In this document: piece after piece, positions 1-9,954 of the stretch
Numbering within the stretch: position 1 is the first letter of the stretch
Layout of the letters: the number at the start of each line of letters is the position of its first letter
Source: an uncultured Chloroflexia bacterium
Lineage (GTDB): Bacteria > Chloroflexota > Limnocylindria > Limnocylindrales > CSP1-4
NCBI GenBank assembly: GCA_963713095.1
Contig: CAVQKK010000001.1
Span: 338,054-402,053 of the forward strand
Reading direction: 5' to 3'
Length of the DNA stretch: 64,000 nucleotides
Program-made: the position numbers and the translations under genes
The notes under the pieces: generated by a model
Told to the model about the DNA's origin: nothing
Database searches by the model: none
The model's input: the letters and a program-made list of their open reading frames with translations, nothing else

Positions 1-78
1 CGAAATCTGACCTTGTGGTCGTGACCGGTGCCTGGCGGAGCACCGAGAGACCGGTGTCTGGCGGGTGAGGGGCGGTGC

Positions 79-84
79 TACACT
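79..84 (+). promoter_or_regulatory. Putative extended -10 box (TG-c-TACACT) for topA
   Basis: TACACT preceded by TG, 10 nt before ATG 95; no Shine-Dalgarno. Confidence 0.5.
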
Positions 85-94
85 CCCGGCCGCC

Positions 95-2518
95 ATGCCC
101 AAGCACCTCGTGATCGTGGAGTCGCCCGCCAAGGCGCGGACGATCGAGCGCTACCTTGGCGGGGACTTCCAGGTCCTCGCCTCGTACGGCCATGTCCGGG
201 ATCTGCCCGAGAACCCGGGCAAGGGCAAGTTCGGGGTCGACGTCGATCACGACTTCGCGCCCGAGTACGTGATCCCCGAGGACCGGCGCCGGCAGGTGAC
301 CGCCATCGAGAAGGCGGCACGCTCAGCCGACGACGTCTACCTCGCCACGGACCTCGACCGGGAGGGGGAGGCGATCGCGTGGCACGTGGCGGAGGCGGCG
401 CACGTTCCCAGCACCAAGACCCGCCGGGTCACGTTCAACGAGATCACGGAGGGGGCGATCCTTGACGCGTTCGCCCATCCTCGCGACATCGACCGGAATC
501 TGGTCGACGCTCAGCAGACCCGCCGCATCGTGGACCGGCTGGTGGGCTACACGCTCAGCCCGCTGCTGTCCCGCAAGATTCGAGGCGGCCTCTCCGCCGG
601 CCGCGTGCAGTCGGTCGCCCTGCGCATGGTGGTGGAGCGGGAGCGTGAGATCCGCGCCTTCGTGGCCCGCGAGTACTGGACGCTCGAGGCGCTGCTCGTC
701 AGCACCGATGGGAGCCAGCTCACCGCGGACGTCGTGCGGATCGGCGGCAAGCCGCTCTCGATCGACAACGAGGCGGACGCCCGCGGCCACGCCACCGCGC
801 TGGGCGCCCTGAGCCCGGTCGTCGATTCGGTCGCCAAACGGGCGTCGAAGCGCAACCCGGCCCCGCCGTTCACGACCAGCACGCTGCAGCAGGAGGCGAG
901 CCGCAAGCTCGGCTTCAGCCCCAAGCGGACGATGTCGGTTGCCCAGCGGCTGTACGAGGGTGCGGACACACCCGATGGGCACGTCGGGCTGATCACCTAT
1001 ATGCGGACGGACTCGACTGCGATCGCGAGCGTCGCGATGACCGAGGCGCAGGAGCTGATCGTCGAACGGTTCGGCGAGCGCTACGGCACCGGTAAGGGGC
1101 GGGTCTACAAGACGCGCTCGAAGGGAGCGCAGGAGGCGCACGAGTCGGTCCGGCCGACGTCGTTCAGGCGCGATCCCGAAAGCCTGCGGTCGACCCTGAG
1201 CGCCGAGGAATATCGTCTCTACCGCCTGATCTGGCAGCGTGCCGTCGCCTCGCAGATGGCGCCCAAGGAGCTCGAGACGACGACGATCGAGCTCACGGCC
1301 GGCGACTACCGCCTGCGGGCGTCGGCGACCCGGACCCTGTTCGACGGCTTCGCCCGCGTCTATACCGAAGGCCGGGACGACGCCACCGAGGACGAGGCCG
1401 AGCGCACGCTGCCGCCCCTTCGCGCGGGCGACCGCACCCGGGTGCTCGAGGTCACGCCGACCCAGCACTTCACCGAGCCACCGCCGCGATACACGGAGGC
1501 GACGCTGGTCAAGGCGCTGGAGGAGCATGGCATCGGCCGGCCGTCCACCTATGCGGCGACGATCTCGACCATCGTCGATCGAGGGTACGTGCGCGTCGAG
1601 GAGCGCCGGCTGCACCCGGAGGAGATCGGCGAGATCGTGACCGATCTCCTGGTCCAGCACTTCGGCGAGTACGTTGACCTCGCGTTCACGGCGCGCATGG
1701 AGGAGGAGCTCGACGAGATCGCTCGCGGCGAGCGGGCCTGGGTCCCGTTGCTGCACGAGTTCTTCGAGCCGCTGCGCGCCCGGGTTGACGAGAAGCGCCG
1801 CGAGCTCCGGCGGCGGGACTTCACCACGGTCGAGACGGACGAGGTCTGCTCCGAAGGTCACCCGATGGTCATCCGGCTGGGGCGCAACGGCAAGTTCCTG
1901 GCCTGCTCGCTCTACCCCGAGCACAAGGAGACCCGCCCGCTGCCCGGCGAGGAGACACCGCAGCTCGAGGGCGACGGCGAGGTGTGCCCCCAGTGCGGCG
2001 AAGGGACCCTCACCACGAAGCGCGGCCGGTTCGGTGCGTTCGTCGGCTGCTCGCGCTACCCCGACTGCACCTATATCCGACGCGACGGCCCGCCGCCCCC
2101 CGAGCAGCTGCCGTTCGAGGTCAGCTGTCCCAAGAACGGTGACGGCCATCTGGTCGCCCGTCGCGCCCGTCGGACCGGCAACGTCTTCTGGGGGTGCTCC
2201 AGCTACCCGCGCTGCGACTTCACCACGAACCTCGAGCCGACCGGCGCGATCCACGACGCGCACGACGACGGCAAGGGGGCGGTCGCCCGCCGGACCGAGG
2301 ACGGCATCTGCCTGACCTGCGGCGCGGCGGTGCCGCTGCCGGACCGCGATCTGGTTGGCCAGCGCCTCCCGGGCGGGCCACCGGATCCATCGGCGCTCGA
2401 ACGCCCCGCCCGCGGGGCCCGGCGGCCCGGTGGCCGGGCGGGCGGGGCGGGCCGACGGGGGACCCGGGCGCCGACCGGGTCACGGCGATCGGGAGCAGGG
2501 ACGCGCAACCGAGCGTGA
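95..2518 (+). CDS. topA: DNA topoisomerase I (type IA) with C-terminal zinc ribbons
   Basis: Toprim LVIVESPAK, ATDLDREGE, SAGRVQS, catalytic LITYMRTDS, GIGRPSTY, several Cys-rich ribbons, basic tail. Confidence 0.97.
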   Translation: MPKHLVIVESPAKARTIERYLGGDFQVLASYGHVRDLPENPGKGKFGVDVDHDFAPEYVIPEDRRRQVTAIEKAARSADDVYLATDLDREGEAIAWHVAEAAHVPSTKTRRVTFNEITEGAILDAFAHPRDIDRNLVDAQQTRRIVDRLVGYTLSPLLSRKIRGGLSAGRVQSVALRMVVEREREIRAFVAREYWTLEALLVSTDGSQLTADVVRIGGKPLSIDNEADARGHATALGALSPVVDSVAKRASKRNPAPPFTTSTLQQEASRKLGFSPKRTMSVAQRLYEGADTPDGHVGLITYMRTDSTAIASVAMTEAQELIVERFGERYGTGKGRVYKTRSKGAQEAHESVRPTSFRRDPESLRSTLSAEEYRLYRLIWQRAVASQMAPKELETTTIELTAGDYRLRASATRTLFDGFARVYTEGRDDATEDEAERTLPPLRAGDRTRVLEVTPTQHFTEPPPRYTEATLVKALEEHGIGRPSTYAATISTIVDRGYVRVEERRLHPEEIGEIVTDLLVQHFGEYVDLAFTARMEEELDEIARGERAWVPLLHEFFEPLRARVDEKRRELRRRDFTTVETDEVCSEGHPMVIRLGRNGKFLACSLYPEHKETRPLPGEETPQLEGDGEVCPQCGEGTLTTKRGRFGAFVGCSRYPDCTYIRRDGPPPPEQLPFEVSCPKNGDGHLVARRARRTGNVFWGCSSYPRCDFTTNLEPTGAIHDAHDDGKGAVARRTEDGICLTCGAAVPLPDRDLVGQRLPGGPPDPSALERPARGARRPGGRAGGAGRRGTRAPTGSRRSGAGTRNRA

Positions 2519-3510
2519 GCGGAGCGGCGGCAGCGGCGGGTACGGAGGCGCTGCGGCGGTTCGTCCGATCGCTGGAGGCGCGCGACGCCTCGCCCCACAC
2601 TCGCCGGTCGTACCAGGCGACCGTGGCTGCCTATCTCGAATGGCTCGCGGCGCGTGACGTCGACTGGCGGAGCCCCGGGCGCCGGGAGCTGCGTGGCTAT
2701 CTCGGGAGCCTGACCGAGGGCCACGCCCGCACGTCGGTCGCGCAGCGTCTTGCCGCCATCCGCGCCTTTCACCGCTACGCGGCCCGGTCCGGGCTCGCGC
2801 CCGGTGACCCGTGGGGCGCGATCGCCACCCCGCGCCTGCCCCGGCGCCTGCCACGCGTGCTCGAGGTCGACGAGGTCGAGCGCCTGATCGCCGCGGTCGA
2901 TGCGGACCTGCAGCCGATCTCCGATGCCGGTGCGCCGCGCCGCCGCGGACGGGTGGACCCCGAGCTCCACCATGCGATCGGGCTCCGGGATCTGGCGCTG
3001 GTGGAGACCGCGTATGCCGCGGGCCTTCGGATCAGCGAGCTGGCCGCCGCGGAGCTCGGCAGCCTCGATCTATGGCGCGGTGAGCTGCGAGTCCTGGGCA
3101 AGGGACGAAAGGAACGAATCGGGCTCCTCGGGCGCCCGGCGCGGGAGGCGATCGCCGGGTACCTCGAGGACGGGCGGCCCGTGCTTGCCGATCGTCGACC
3201 GGCGCTCTCGGAGATCCCGGTGGCCCTGTTCCTGAACCACCTGGGCGGGCCGCTCGGCGTGCGCGGCCTGCGCGGCCGCCTCGACCGGCTGCGGCGGATG
3301 GCGGGGCTGCCCGAGGGTGTCAGTCCCCACACCCTGCGGCACAGCTTCGCGACCCATCTGCTCGAAGGCGGGGCCGACCTGCGGGTCGTCCAGGAGCTGC
3401 TGGGTCACGAGAGCCTGGCGACGACCCAGATCTACACGCACGTGTCGCCGGCGCGGCTGCGCGAGAGCTACCGCTCGGCGCACCCGCGCGCCAGGGCCCG
3501 GTCCACCTGA
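2515..3510 (+). CDS. xerC: Tyrosine recombinase, XerC type
   Basis: GLRISEL, GKGRKER, HTLRHSFATHLL, LLGH, TTQIYTHV; GTGA overlap with topA stop; topA-xerC synteny. Confidence 0.85.
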   Translation: MSGAAAAAGTEALRRFVRSLEARDASPHTRRSYQATVAAYLEWLAARDVDWRSPGRRELRGYLGSLTEGHARTSVAQRLAAIRAFHRYAARSGLAPGDPWGAIATPRLPRRLPRVLEVDEVERLIAAVDADLQPISDAGAPRRRGRVDPELHHAIGLRDLALVETAYAAGLRISELAAAELGSLDLWRGELRVLGKGRKERIGLLGRPAREAIAGYLEDGRPVLADRRPALSEIPVALFLNHLGGPLGVRGLRGRLDRLRRMAGLPEGVSPHTLRHSFATHLLEGGADLRVVQELLGHESLATTQIYTHVSPARLRESYRSAHPRARARST

Positions 3511-5180
3511 TGGACGAGACGGACGCGATCACCGGGCTGGGCGGGGAAGGGCTCGGCGGCGAGGCCCTGGCGCCCGCCGCCCCACTCGCGGCCGAGCGGG
3601 CCGGCTCGGCCACGAACCACGCCCTCGCACAGGCCGGGCTCATCGTCATGGGCCTGTTCTTCGCCTCGCGCGTGCTCGGTTATGTCCGGACCCTGGCGAT
3701 CGCGGGGTCCGTGTCGGACCCCGTGGTCCAGCTCGCACCGTTCTACGCCGCGTTCCGCATCCCCGACTTCCTGTTCCAGCTGGTCGCCGCGGGAGCCTTG
3801 TCGTCGGCGCTCATCCCTGTGATCGCCGCCCTGTTCGCCACCGACGAGGAGGCGCGGGCCTGGCGGGTCGTATCCACCGTGACCACGCTGATGCTGTCCA
3901 CGCTCGCGGTGCTGGCGGTCGTGGCCATGCTGCTCGCACCGCAGCTGGTCGCGTTCATCACTCCGGGGTTCGACGCCGATCAACTGGCACGGACGACCGA
4001 GCTCACCCGGCTCATGGTGCTCTCGCCGCTGTTCCTGGCGGCGGGCGCGGTGGCGACCAGCGCGCTCAACAGCCGGGGCCGGTTTGCGGCCGCCGGGCTC
4101 GCGCCGCTCGTCTACAACGGCGCGATCCTCGTGGGAGCCCTGATCTTGGTGCCGACGTTTGGTATCGACGGCCTCGCCTACGGGGTCGTGCTGGGCGCGG
4201 CCGGGCAAGTCCTGGTGCAGGCGCCGTCGCTGGTGCGGATCGGTGCCCGCATCCGGCCTCGGATCGACCTCCGCGACGAGCAGGCGCGCCTGGCCCTCGC
4301 GCTGATGGCGCCGCGCGCGCTCGGCATGGGGGGGACGCAGGTCGTGTTCCTGGTCATGACCAGCCTTGCGTCCGGGCTGGGTGCCAACGCCGTGACCGTC
4401 TTCAACTGGGCGTTCATGCTGCTGCAGATCCCGATGGGCCTGATCGGCGTCCCGCTGGGCGTCGTCCTGCTGCCCTCGCTCGCCCGCGAAGCGGCGGTCG
4501 GCGGAACCGAGGCGTTCCGGCGGCTGCTGGTGCGGGGTCTGTCTGTGCTCGGGTTCGTGATGCTCGCCATCGCGGCCCTGGGGATCGTGGTTTCCGAGGA
4601 CGTCGTGCGGTTGCTGTTCGGCGTCGCCCACATCGGCGAGGCCGCGACCATGGCGACCGCCGAGGCGCTCGCCGTGTTCCTGCTCGGGTTGACCGCGCAC
4701 TCGCTGATCGCCGTGCTCGCCCGGGCGTTCTACGCGCTCCAGGACACGAGGACACCGGTGGCCGCGGCGCTGCTGGCGGTGGTGACCAACATCGTCGCGG
4801 CCAACGTCCTGGTCGGTCCGCTGGGGCTCAACGGGCTCGCGGCGGCCATCGCGGTGTCGGCGTGGCTGGAGACCATCGCGCTTGTCGTCCTGCTCCAGCG
4901 GCGGATGCCCGCGCTGGGCCTGGCGACCGTCTGGATCGTGCTCGGCAAGTCGCTCGTCGTCGCCGTCGCCGGCGCGCTGGTGGCGCTGGGGGTGGAGCAG
5001 GCGCTCACCGGCGCGTGGGGCGCGAACGCCGGGTACGTGCTGGTGCTGGTCCGGGCTGGCCTCGCGGTCGCGGCCGGCGGCCTGGTCATCCTGGCGGGCT
5101 CGGTCGCGTTGCGGATCGAGGAGCCGAGGCTTATCGTCGGGATCGTGGTCGACCTCATCCGCCGCCGCGGCCGCGCATGA
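3510..5180 (+). CDS. murJ: Lipid II flippase MurJ (MviN)
   Basis: SRVLGYVR, AAFRIPDFLF, RAFYALQDTRTP motifs; many hydrophobic helices. Confidence 0.93.
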   Translation: MDETDAITGLGGEGLGGEALAPAAPLAAERAGSATNHALAQAGLIVMGLFFASRVLGYVRTLAIAGSVSDPVVQLAPFYAAFRIPDFLFQLVAAGALSSALIPVIAALFATDEEARAWRVVSTVTTLMLSTLAVLAVVAMLLAPQLVAFITPGFDADQLARTTELTRLMVLSPLFLAAGAVATSALNSRGRFAAAGLAPLVYNGAILVGALILVPTFGIDGLAYGVVLGAAGQVLVQAPSLVRIGARIRPRIDLRDEQARLALALMAPRALGMGGTQVVFLVMTSLASGLGANAVTVFNWAFMLLQIPMGLIGVPLGVVLLPSLAREAAVGGTEAFRRLLVRGLSVLGFVMLAIAALGIVVSEDVVRLLFGVAHIGEAATMATAEALAVFLLGLTAHSLIAVLARAFYALQDTRTPVAAALLAVVTNIVAANVLVGPLGLNGLAAAIAVSAWLETIALVVLLQRRMPALGLATVWIVLGKSLVVAVAGALVALGVEQALTGAWGANAGYVLVLVRAGLAVAAGGLVILAGSVALRIEEPRLIVGIVVDLIRRRGRA

Positions 5181-6325
5181 CGGCGCGGATCGCCGGGACC
5201 TCCCGATCCGAGCCGTCGGCCATCCCGGACGACGCAACGGCGTGGGATGCGTTCGTCGAACGGGACCCGCGGGGGTCGTATCTCCAGCTCAGCGGTTGGT
5301 CCAGCGTCAAGGCGGTCAACGGCTGGGGCGTCCTCCGGATCCTCGACCGGTCCGAGCCCGCGATCGGCGCCCAGGTGCTGACGCGCCGTCCCGGGCCGCT
5401 GCCTTGGGCGTTCGCCTATGCCCCGCGGGGTCCGGTGCTCGGCGGCTGGGACGTGAGCTCCATCGAGCGCTTCACCGCGCTCGCCCGCGGCGGCCTTCGC
5501 TCTGGGGTCAGGGCGAGCCACCTGCGGATCGACCCCGAGGTCGAGCGCGGCGCGGGACCGGATGCCCACGGGGCGGTCGTGGATGCCCTGCTCGGGACCG
5601 GCTGGCAACCGGCGCCGCCGGTCCAGCCGATGGCAACCCGCGTCGTCGATCTTGCCGCCGATGAGGACGCCCTGTGGGGAGACCTGCGCAAGAAGTGGCG
5701 CCAGTACGTCAACAAGGCCCGTAGCGGTGGCGTCCGGGTCGTGGACGGCGGCGGTGACCGGCTCGGCGACTTCTACCGGATCTATCGCGAGACCGCGGAC
5801 CGGGCCGGGTTCCTGATCCGCTCCGCGTCTGCGTATCGCGACGTGTGGGAGGCGTTCGGGCCGGCGGGTCGCGCCCGGCTCCTGTTCGCGGAGCTGCCCG
5901 ACGGCACACCGGTGGCCACCCTGTTCCTGGTCCGGGCCGGGTCGCGCGTGGTCGAGCCCTACGGCGGCATGACCGCGGCGGGCGCCGACAGCCGCGCGAA
6001 CTACCTGCTCAAGTGGGAGGCGATCCGCAGCTCGAAGGAAGCGGGCGCCACCGTCTACGACCTGTGGGGGCTCGCGCACGCCGGGATCGCCCATTTCAAG
6101 ACCGGGTTCGGCGGCCGGGAGGTCGGCTACGTCGGATCCTGGGATCTCGTCCTGGACCCGTTCGGGCGGCGGACCTACGCCGTTGCCCAGCGAGCACGGG
6201 TGCGAATCGCGCGACTGCGTCACGGGCTGGGTCGGGCCGGCGAGACGGCGTCCGGCTACGCCGGCGACGCGGGCAGCACCGAGGGTGATGTCGACGGGGC
6301 CGCTGGGGGCGCGGACGACCGATGA
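5177..6325 (+). CDS. FemABX-family peptidoglycan bridge aminoacyltransferase (1)
   Basis: SYLQ..W..VK, YAPRGP, LRIDP, LRKKWRQYVNKA, NYLLKWEAI, YDLWG, FKTGFGG; ATGA overlap with murJ. Confidence 0.9.
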   Translation: MTARIAGTSRSEPSAIPDDATAWDAFVERDPRGSYLQLSGWSSVKAVNGWGVLRILDRSEPAIGAQVLTRRPGPLPWAFAYAPRGPVLGGWDVSSIERFTALARGGLRSGVRASHLRIDPEVERGAGPDAHGAVVDALLGTGWQPAPPVQPMATRVVDLAADEDALWGDLRKKWRQYVNKARSGGVRVVDGGGDRLGDFYRIYRETADRAGFLIRSASAYRDVWEAFGPAGRARLLFAELPDGTPVATLFLVRAGSRVVEPYGGMTAAGADSRANYLLKWEAIRSSKEAGATVYDLWGLAHAGIAHFKTGFGGREVGYVGSWDLVLDPFGRRTYAVAQRARVRIARLRHGLGRAGETASGYAGDAGSTEGDVDGAAGGADDR

Positions 6326-7464
6326 CCGCACCGATCCGGACGGTGACGGGATCCGAGCTCGACCGCTGGGACGCCGCGGCCGTCGACCGCGCCGGCGGCC
6401 ATGTGCTCCAGTCGCGTGCCTGGGCGGCGCATCGGGCCGAGCGCGGATGGCAACCCACCTTCCTCGCGGTGGGCGAGGTCCGGGCGCTGGTGCTGGTCCG
6501 GCCGTGGCCGCTCGTGCGCGGTGGCTCCGGGTACGCGCCGCGCGGCCCGGTCGGTCCCGGCACGCCCTGGACGGCGGACCGCTCGGTCGGCGATGGTGGC
6601 GCGATCGGCGAGGCGCTGACCCGGATCGCGCACCATCTGGCCGCAGAGGGCGTCGACGTGATGGCCGCCGATCCGGAGGTTGCGGAGGACGACGAGGGCT
6701 ACCGCGAGGCGCTCGACGAGGCTGGATTTCACCCGATCGGCGACATCCAGCCATCGCGCCACCGGATGGCCCTTGCCCTGCCCGCCGACGGCGATGGGGC
6801 GGTGGTGCTCGACGGCATCGCCAAGGCGACCCGGCAGCGGATCCGTCGGGCCGAGCGGGACGGCGTGGTGGTGTTGCGCTGGGATGTCGGGACCTCGGAG
6901 ATCGAGGGGTGCCGGCGAGCCGCCGAACCGGGAGAGGGCGCGCTGAAGCGCTTCTACGGGCTGCTCCGAGCCACCGGAGAGCGGCGGGGGTTCGGGTTCG
7001 CAGGGCCGGACGAGTTCGTGGCCTGGTGGGTCCGGGCGCTGGCGGCCGGGCATCTGGTCTACCTGGAGGCACGCGAGGGGGCGCCCGAAGGCGACGTCCT
7101 CGGTGGGCTCGTGCTCTACCGGCACGGCCGGCGGCTGACGACGGTCCACTCGGGTGACCGGGCCGAGCGGCGGCGCGATCACCCTGGCGCGATGCACCTG
7201 CTGCGCTGGCGGGCGATCGAGCTCGCGCTCGCCGAGCGGCGCGACGAGATGGACCTGGGCGGCGTGGATGTCGCGGGCGCCAGGCGGCCACCGGAACCCG
7301 GGGAGCCGACCTACGGGCTGTACGAGCACAAGCGTTCATTCGGGGCTCGGTGGGTGGCGCTCGCCGGCGCCCGGGAGCGAGTCGCACGGCCCTGGCGATA
7401 CGCGGCCGGCCGGGCGACGGCACGCGTCGGGCGCGCGATCGGCACCGGGGGCGGGCGACGATGA
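6322..7464 (+). CDS. FemABX-family / GNAT-fold peptidoglycan bridge aminoacyltransferase (2)
   Basis: HVLQSRAW, YAPRGP, KATRQRIRRAER, HLLRWRAI, MDLGG, LYEHKRSFG; ATGA overlap. Confidence 0.85.
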   Translation: MTAPIRTVTGSELDRWDAAAVDRAGGHVLQSRAWAAHRAERGWQPTFLAVGEVRALVLVRPWPLVRGGSGYAPRGPVGPGTPWTADRSVGDGGAIGEALTRIAHHLAAEGVDVMAADPEVAEDDEGYREALDEAGFHPIGDIQPSRHRMALALPADGDGAVVLDGIAKATRQRIRRAERDGVVVLRWDVGTSEIEGCRRAAEPGEGALKRFYGLLRATGERRGFGFAGPDEFVAWWVRALAAGHLVYLEAREGAPEGDVLGGLVLYRHGRRLTTVHSGDRAERRRDHPGAMHLLRWRAIELALAERRDEMDLGGVDVAGARRPPEPGEPTYGLYEHKRSFGARWVALAGARERVARPWRYAAGRATARVGRAIGTGGGRR

Positions 7465-9194
7465 CGGGGCCGAGGCCGACGGGGGACGCGGTGCCGACCG
7501 TCGAGGGGCTCATCGCCCGGTCCGCCCCGACGACCCCGCGTGCGCTGTCGGACCTCGTGGCGCGGCTGGCGGCCGAGGGCCTCGTGCGCGGAATCACGAT
7601 CGGTGGCCGCGACGTGGAGGCGGCGGGGACCGGCCCGGTCGCGATCCGTGGCCTGACCGAGGATTCGCGGGCGGTCGCCCCTGGATCGCTGTTCGTCGCG
7701 GTGCCCGGGTTCCATGTCGACGGCCACACGTACATCGCCAGGGCGGCCGCGGCGGGGGCCGCGGCCGCCCTGGTCGAACGCCCGGTCGAGGGTGCGCCGC
7801 TGCCCCAGGTGATCGTTGATGCCGCGCGGCCCGCGCTGGCCATCGCGGCCGGATGGTGGTACGGCGATCCGTCGCGCGAGCTGGGGCTGATCGGGATCAC
7901 CGGCACCGACGGCAAGACGACGACGTCGTTCCTCGCTGCCGGCGCGCTCGAGGCCGCCGGTCTGCCGACCGGGTTGCTGGGCACGGTCGAGACGCGGATC
8001 GGACCCGCGCGCGATCGCCACGAGGCCCACGTCACGACGCCCGCGGCGCCCGATCTCCAGGCCGCGCTGGCAGCCATGGTCGCGGCGGGCGACGTCGCGG
8101 CCGTGGTCGAGACCACCTCCCACGCGCTGGCGCTCGACCGCGTGCTTGGCGTGGCCTGGGACGCGGCCGTGTTCACCAACCTGACCCATGAGCACCTGGA
8201 GCTGCACGGCACGTTCGAGGCGTACCGGGCGGCCAAGCTGCGGCTGTTCGAGGCACTCGCCTCGGGCCCGGGCAACCCCGCCAAGCGCGTCGGCACGCGG
8301 CCGTGGCCGAAGGCGGCGATCGTCAATCGCGACGATCCGTCCGCCGCCTGGTTCGAGGCCGCCGGGAACCAGGCCGGAGCGCGGGTCGTCTCCTACGGCG
8401 TGGACGAGGGCGCCGCCGTTCGCGTGCTGTCGGTCGACGAGGATGCCCGGCGGCTCCACGTGGACTACGCGGCGCCGTCGGGTGCCGGGAGCCTCGATCT
8501 GCGCCTTGCGGGGCGGTTCAACGTTCACAACGCGCTGGCGGTGGTCGCGCTCGGCGAGGCGCTCGGTCTCGATGCGGCGGCGGTCCGCGACGGTCTCGAA
8601 CGGGTGCCCGGCGTGCCCGGCAGGATGGAGCGGATCGATGCCGGCCAGCCGTTCTCGGTGATCGTCGACTACGCGCATTCGCCGGCCTCGCTCCGGGACG
8701 TGCTCGACATCCTGGGGCCCATGGCCCGGCGGCAGGGCGGCGGGCTGATCGCGGTGTTCGGCTCGGCCGGCGAGCGGGACACGGCCAAGCGCCCGGTGAT
8801 GGGCCGGATCGCCGCTGAGCGATGCCGGCTCGTGGTGATCACCGACGAGGACCCCCGTGGCGAGGATCGAGCGGCCATCGTGGACGCCATCGTCGTCGGG
8901 GCGGAGTCGGCCGGTGGGCACCGTGGCGATGACGTCCTGGCGATCCCGGACCGGCGGCAGGCGATCGAGACGGCCTTCGATCGCGCGACGCCGGGCGACG
9001 TGGTGCTGCTGGCGGGCAAGGGCCACGAGCGCACCATCCTGTACGCGGACGGGGGAATCGCGTGGGACGAGGCGGCCGCCGCGCGCGAGCTGCTGGCGGC
9101 CATGGGCTACCCGGCGGGCGGCGGGACCGCCGATGGGCGAACGCGCGACGACGGGGTACCGGGCGACGCGCCCACGGGTGGTCGAGGAGCCTGA
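7461..9194 (+). CDS. murE: UDP-MurNAc-dipeptide:diamino acid ligase MurE
   Basis: GITGTDGKTTT P-loop, VETTSHAL, FTNLTHEHL, VDYAHSP, DEDPR, LLAGKGHE. Confidence 0.93.
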   Translation: MTGPRPTGDAVPTVEGLIARSAPTTPRALSDLVARLAAEGLVRGITIGGRDVEAAGTGPVAIRGLTEDSRAVAPGSLFVAVPGFHVDGHTYIARAAAAGAAAALVERPVEGAPLPQVIVDAARPALAIAAGWWYGDPSRELGLIGITGTDGKTTTSFLAAGALEAAGLPTGLLGTVETRIGPARDRHEAHVTTPAAPDLQAALAAMVAAGDVAAVVETTSHALALDRVLGVAWDAAVFTNLTHEHLELHGTFEAYRAAKLRLFEALASGPGNPAKRVGTRPWPKAAIVNRDDPSAAWFEAAGNQAGARVVSYGVDEGAAVRVLSVDEDARRLHVDYAAPSGAGSLDLRLAGRFNVHNALAVVALGEALGLDAAAVRDGLERVPGVPGRMERIDAGQPFSVIVDYAHSPASLRDVLDILGPMARRQGGGLIAVFGSAGERDTAKRPVMGRIAAERCRLVVITDEDPRGEDRAAIVDAIVVGAESAGGHRGDDVLAIPDRRQAIETAFDRATPGDVVLLAGKGHERTILYADGGIAWDEAAAARELLAAMGYPAGGGTADGRTRDDGVPGDAPTGGRGA

Positions 9195-9198
9195 GCGG

Positions 9199-9918
9199 GT
9201 GCGCGGCTGCCTGTTCACACTCCTGCTCGGGATCGTCGCGCTCACCCTCCTGGTCACGATCGGCCTGCCGCGGATTGCCGCGGGCGCGCTGACCGCGGCC
9301 GTGACCACGGCCGGCGTCCACGCGGACGACACGACCGTGACCGTGTCCAGCGATCCGCCGACGGACCTGGTGGGGTTGCACGCGGACCGGGTACGGATCA
9401 CGGCCACCAGGGCCACCTTCCGTGGGCTCCAGATCGGCTCCCTCGACGTGACCCTGACGGGCGTGGACCTCCTGGGGCGCACCGCGACGTCAGTCGACGG
9501 GCAGCTGACGCAGGTGGTCGTCCCGGGCGTCACCTCGAAGCCGATGACGCTCGCCACGATCCGGCTGTCGGGCGGCGGCGACACGATCACCGCCGCCACC
9601 ACGGTCCCGGCGGCCCAGGCGAAGACGCTGGTCGCCGATGCCGTCGAGGCCACCCTCGGTGTCCGGCCGACATCGGTCTCGCTGACGGCGCCCGACAAGG
9701 TCAAGGTGACCGAGGCGGGGACGGTCGTCCATGGCCGGCTCTCCGTCACGAGCTCCGGCGACCTCGTGGCCGACGTCCTCGACGGGCCGGCAGCCGGACA
9801 GCAGGTGGTGGTGGTGGCCGGTGGCCAGGACCTCCCGATCCGGCTGTCCTCGGCGTCGGTGACGTCCGCCGGCGCGCTGCGGCTCGGCGGCGGGCTCACG
9901 GTGGGTCTGTTCGGCTGA
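9199..9918 (+). CDS. Membrane-anchored LmeA/DUF2993-like protein
   Basis: N-terminal hydrophobic anchor then a beta-rich region (DLVGLHADRVRITAT); family call by resemblance only. Confidence 0.55.
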   Translation: MRGCLFTLLLGIVALTLLVTIGLPRIAAGALTAAVTTAGVHADDTTVTVSSDPPTDLVGLHADRVRITATRATFRGLQIGSLDVTLTGVDLLGRTATSVDGQLTQVVVPGVTSKPMTLATIRLSGGGDTITAATTVPAAQAKTLVADAVEATLGVRPTSVSLTAPDKVKVTEAGTVVHGRLSVTSSGDLVADVLDGPAAGQQVVVVAGGQDLPIRLSSASVTSAGALRLGGGLTVGLFG

Positions 9919-9941
9919 GGAGCCCGTTCCCGGCCTGGGGG

Positions 9942-9947
9942 TAGACT
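9942..9947 (+). promoter_or_regulatory. Putative -10 box for leaderless rel
   Basis: TAGACT 7 nt before ATG 9955, no SD. Confidence 0.55.
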
Positions 9948-9954
9948 CCGGTGC

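Noticed and set aside
2515-3510. XerC and XerD (48483-49478) as mobile-element integrases, or a nearby dif site
   Set aside because: Both sit in conserved housekeeping synteny; I could not recognise a dif-like 28-mer by eye
3317-6325. 1002-aa ORF as a giant FemABX fusion
   Set aside because: The first 620 codons are an alternate frame of xerC/murJ; the real start is the ATGA overlap at 5177
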